Source: Oligoflexales bacterium
Lineage (GTDB): Bacteria > Bdellovibrionota_B > Oligoflexia > Oligoflexales > Bog-1112
Direction of reading: 5' to 3'
Assembly (NCBI GenBank): GCA_045106415.1
Contig: JBGCEP010000033.1
Location: forward strand, 1-51,284
DNA length: 51,284 bases
Positions 49,199 to 51,284 of this stretch are shown here, in pieces. The position numbers and the translations under genes were made by a program. Numbering within the stretch: position 1 is the stretch's first letter; every line of letters begins with the position of its first letter. The notes under the pieces were generated by a model, which made no database searches, was not told the DNA's origin, and saw only the letters and a list, made by a program, of their open reading frames with translations.

Positions 49199-50368
49199 AT
49201 GAAAACATCTGTATTCATATTATTAATATTTATATTGATACCTTATAGGTTATTTGCCTATGGAGTTGAAACTCCTATTGTTCCATTTGAAATAAAAGGG
49301 TCTGGCCTTTCAAGTCCTTTTTTCTTAAGTGGACTTGAGCGTTTCTCATATCATTCAGCACAAGACACTTCAGATTGTCAAAATCGAGAAATAAAACAAA
49401 AAGAAACATATTATCAATTTATTAAAAAAACAAACAATCGCGATGAAGTTGATAATTTTCTGGATATGTTTCCATATTTAAAAAAAGATCCTAAACCTAA
49501 AAAATCTTGTGAATATACAGAAGTGATTTGGCCTTCTTTCGAATTTTCGAAAACATATACCGATTTATTTAGAATAAAGTCGGATGACGAAATCGCCATT
49601 CATCTCATTAATCACATTGGGGATCTTCATATCTTTTTATCACAATTTAAAATTGGATACATTCATAACAAAACAGCTTATGGGCTAGAAGTCCAAGAAT
49701 CTGTATCAGTTTTAATATTTAACAACATAGAAGATCTTGGGTTAGAATCAATTCAAATCAAAAGACAACGCATCTTAAACTCTTTTTATGCCATGACATA
49801 TTCATTCAATAAAAAAATTCACCTTGGAATGAAAATAGCATTGTCACAAGTAAATATTTTTGAAAAAACATCTGCAATAACAGATGTAAGTGCTCTTAAA
49901 GATTTTAGTAAAATCAAAAATTTAGAACAGGGGTTTTCGCCAGCCATAGATCTGAGTATCACATGGAAAAATCACTTAGGTCTTACTGTTAAAAATATTA
50001 CAAATCGACCATACAAAAAAAACCTTTTCTTCAAAAAAATAACCAATAATCAAAGGACTCTGAACTTATCCTTATCAACCCCTCAATATTCATTATTAGG
50101 TTTGAGCTATCAAGCAGCTGTTGATTTTTCTAAATTAAATAACCCCTACCAAGAACAATTTTTAAATCGACTTCACATGGGAGTAAAAATATCAAAAAAA
50201 TGGCTTTCATGGTCAACAGGACTGAACCAAGGAAATATTACAAATTCTTTAAGAGGATCGTTCCACAACCATGAAATTGCAATAGGACATATTGGTTATG
50301 ATCACGATGAAGACCTCGGTTTTCGCCAGTCAGAGCGGCTCTTTATCACTTCAAAATCAACATTATAA
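49199..50368 (+). CDS. Outer-membrane beta-barrel, TraF-like/porin-like
   Basis: Signal peptide; amphipathic strands; LGLTVKNI, RLHMGVKI, WSTGLNQG. Confidence 0.5.
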   Translation: MKTSVFILLIFILIPYRLFAYGVETPIVPFEIKGSGLSSPFFLSGLERFSYHSAQDTSDCQNREIKQKETYYQFIKKTNNRDEVDNFLDMFPYLKKDPKPKKSCEYTEVIWPSFEFSKTYTDLFRIKSDDEIAIHLINHIGDLHIFLSQFKIGYIHNKTAYGLEVQESVSVLIFNNIEDLGLESIQIKRQRILNSFYAMTYSFNKKIHLGMKIALSQVNIFEKTSAITDVSALKDFSKIKNLEQGFSPAIDLSITWKNHLGLTVKNITNRPYKKNLFFKKITNNQRTLNLSLSTPQYSLLGLSYQAAVDFSKLNNPYQEQFLNRLHMGVKISKKWLSWSTGLNQGNITNSLRGSFHNHEIAIGHIGYDHDEDLGFRQSERLFITSKSTL

Positions 50369-50532
50369 AATCTAATTTACAAGAGATGATTTAAAAATTC
50401 TTTGAAATCAAATCTTTGCAAGAGCCACTTTTAGCCCTCGATGGTGAATTGTTTCAAAAATGAGATACGGCCCCTACTTTTTTGCGATTCGAATGCACCG
50501 ATCCATCAAAGTTAACTAAGACTACAGAACGT

Positions 50533-50727
50533 TTAAAATTTCATAAGCTGCTGTGAGACGATAATGAGCAAACCCAGGCTCAATGAAACATAATTTTTGC
50601 ACCCCTCATGCTTAGTTTTCGAGCACCAAAGGTATCTTTCAAATAGCTATTCATATGCTCCGAGGATGATCGTGCTGTATATCATTCCTGCTGAGAAAGA
50701 GCCCTTTTTATTTTTTCTCCTCTTCTA
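50533..50727 (-). pseudogene. 3' remnant of a DDE transposase (IS5/IS1182-like) interrupted by IS630
   Basis: RRGEKI...*YTARSSSEHMNSYLKDTFGARKLSMRG...QQLMKF*, with stops and frameshifts. Confidence 0.6.
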
Positions 50728-51284
50728 GCACACTGTAATATTAGTTAGTTATAGAATCGCAGTGTCTCTTAAACTTTTCTCTCGCCTTGGCATTAGTAAA
50801 CTGCCAATGAATCTTTATTTTTGCATCGTCTCGTTGCTTGGTCCATTGTATGACCTCACTTTTAAGTTTGCTAAATTCCCCCATTCTTCTATCAAGGCAT
50901 TGTTTCGAAAGTGCAGAAAACTCTATTTCTGCCATATTAAGCCAACTCGCACGCTTAGGTGTGTACTTCATATCAAAGCGATTGGTGAGCTCAAAAGCCT
51001 CTTGTGCTGGCATGTTTTGATAAAAAGATGGATTATGAGTATTGAGATTATCCTGAAGTAAAACGATTTTTTTAGCACTCGGGTAGGTAGCAGAAACTTT
51101 TTTCATGAAATTGCTATAATCTACCTTTGTTTTCTGCATAGTGACATCGACAATCCTTTTTCCCGTGAGCGGCTCGATAGCCATTAAAACGACGCATGCG
51201 CCATTCCTCTTGTAGTGATAGCCTTCCCTTTTCTCCCTACCAGGCTCTGTTTTTGTCGGTGTAACGATTTCTTCAATTAATTGG
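50726..51284 (-). mobile_element. IS630-family element, right part
   Basis: Ends in ...GTGTGCTAG with a TA target 13 nt after the transposase stop. Confidence 0.8.
50741..51284 (-). CDS. IS630-family transposase (5' part outside the window)
   Basis: Frame open to the window edge: YHYKRNG, EPLTG, LLQDNLNTH, YTPKRASWLNMAEIEFS. Confidence 0.92.
   Translation of the reverse strand, partial: QLIEEIVTPTKTEPGREKREGYHYKRNGACVVLMAIEPLTGKRIVDVTMQKTKVDYSNFMKKVSATYPSAKKIVLLQDNLNTHNPSFYQNMPAQEAFELTNRFDMKYTPKRASWLNMAEIEFSALSKQCLDRRMGEFSKLKSEVIQWTKQRDDAKIKIHWQFTNAKAREKFKRHCDSITN

Noticed and set aside
49199..50368. TraF-like gene as evidence of a conjugative element
   Set aside because: No relaxase, coupling protein, T4SS ATPase or integrase in the window

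Overview
AT-rich bacterial chromosomal window with about 40 genes. By inference from gene content it belongs to Bdellovibrionota/Oligoflexia: a vWA lipoprotein, many secreted hydrolases, a TraF-like barrel, a PilX-like pilin and repeated sigma28-type promoters. Housekeeping and transport genes are azlC/azlD, an NSS symporter, typA, a bioD-bioA fusion, a pterin carbinolamine dehydratase, a YciB-like protein, MFS, EamA, ABC-2, bestrophin, TolC and two YceI proteins. Interleaved with them are many exported proteins: three zincins, endonuclease I, a phytochelatin-synthase-like Cys protease, a GH6, a eukaryote-like Ser/Thr kinase with a signal peptide, and a 1968-aa adhesin-like lipoprotein. There is one IS630 transposase at the right edge and four IS remnants. 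I saw no rRNA, tRNA or CRISPR array. The most striking observations are: (1) a PilX-like minor pilin fused to a C-terminal non-splicing Hint domain, next to the exported kinase; (2) a GH6 lipoprotein with both key Asp residues changed to Asn, and a zincin with HExxH changed to HVxxH; (3) a window-wide set of sigma28-like promoters in front of mostly exported proteins; (4) a SAM/SAH-riboswitch-like pseudoknot ahead of the EamA transporter; (5) a tandem-V4R / small protein / histidine kinase operon. All family calls are from motif recognition by eye; no searches were run.
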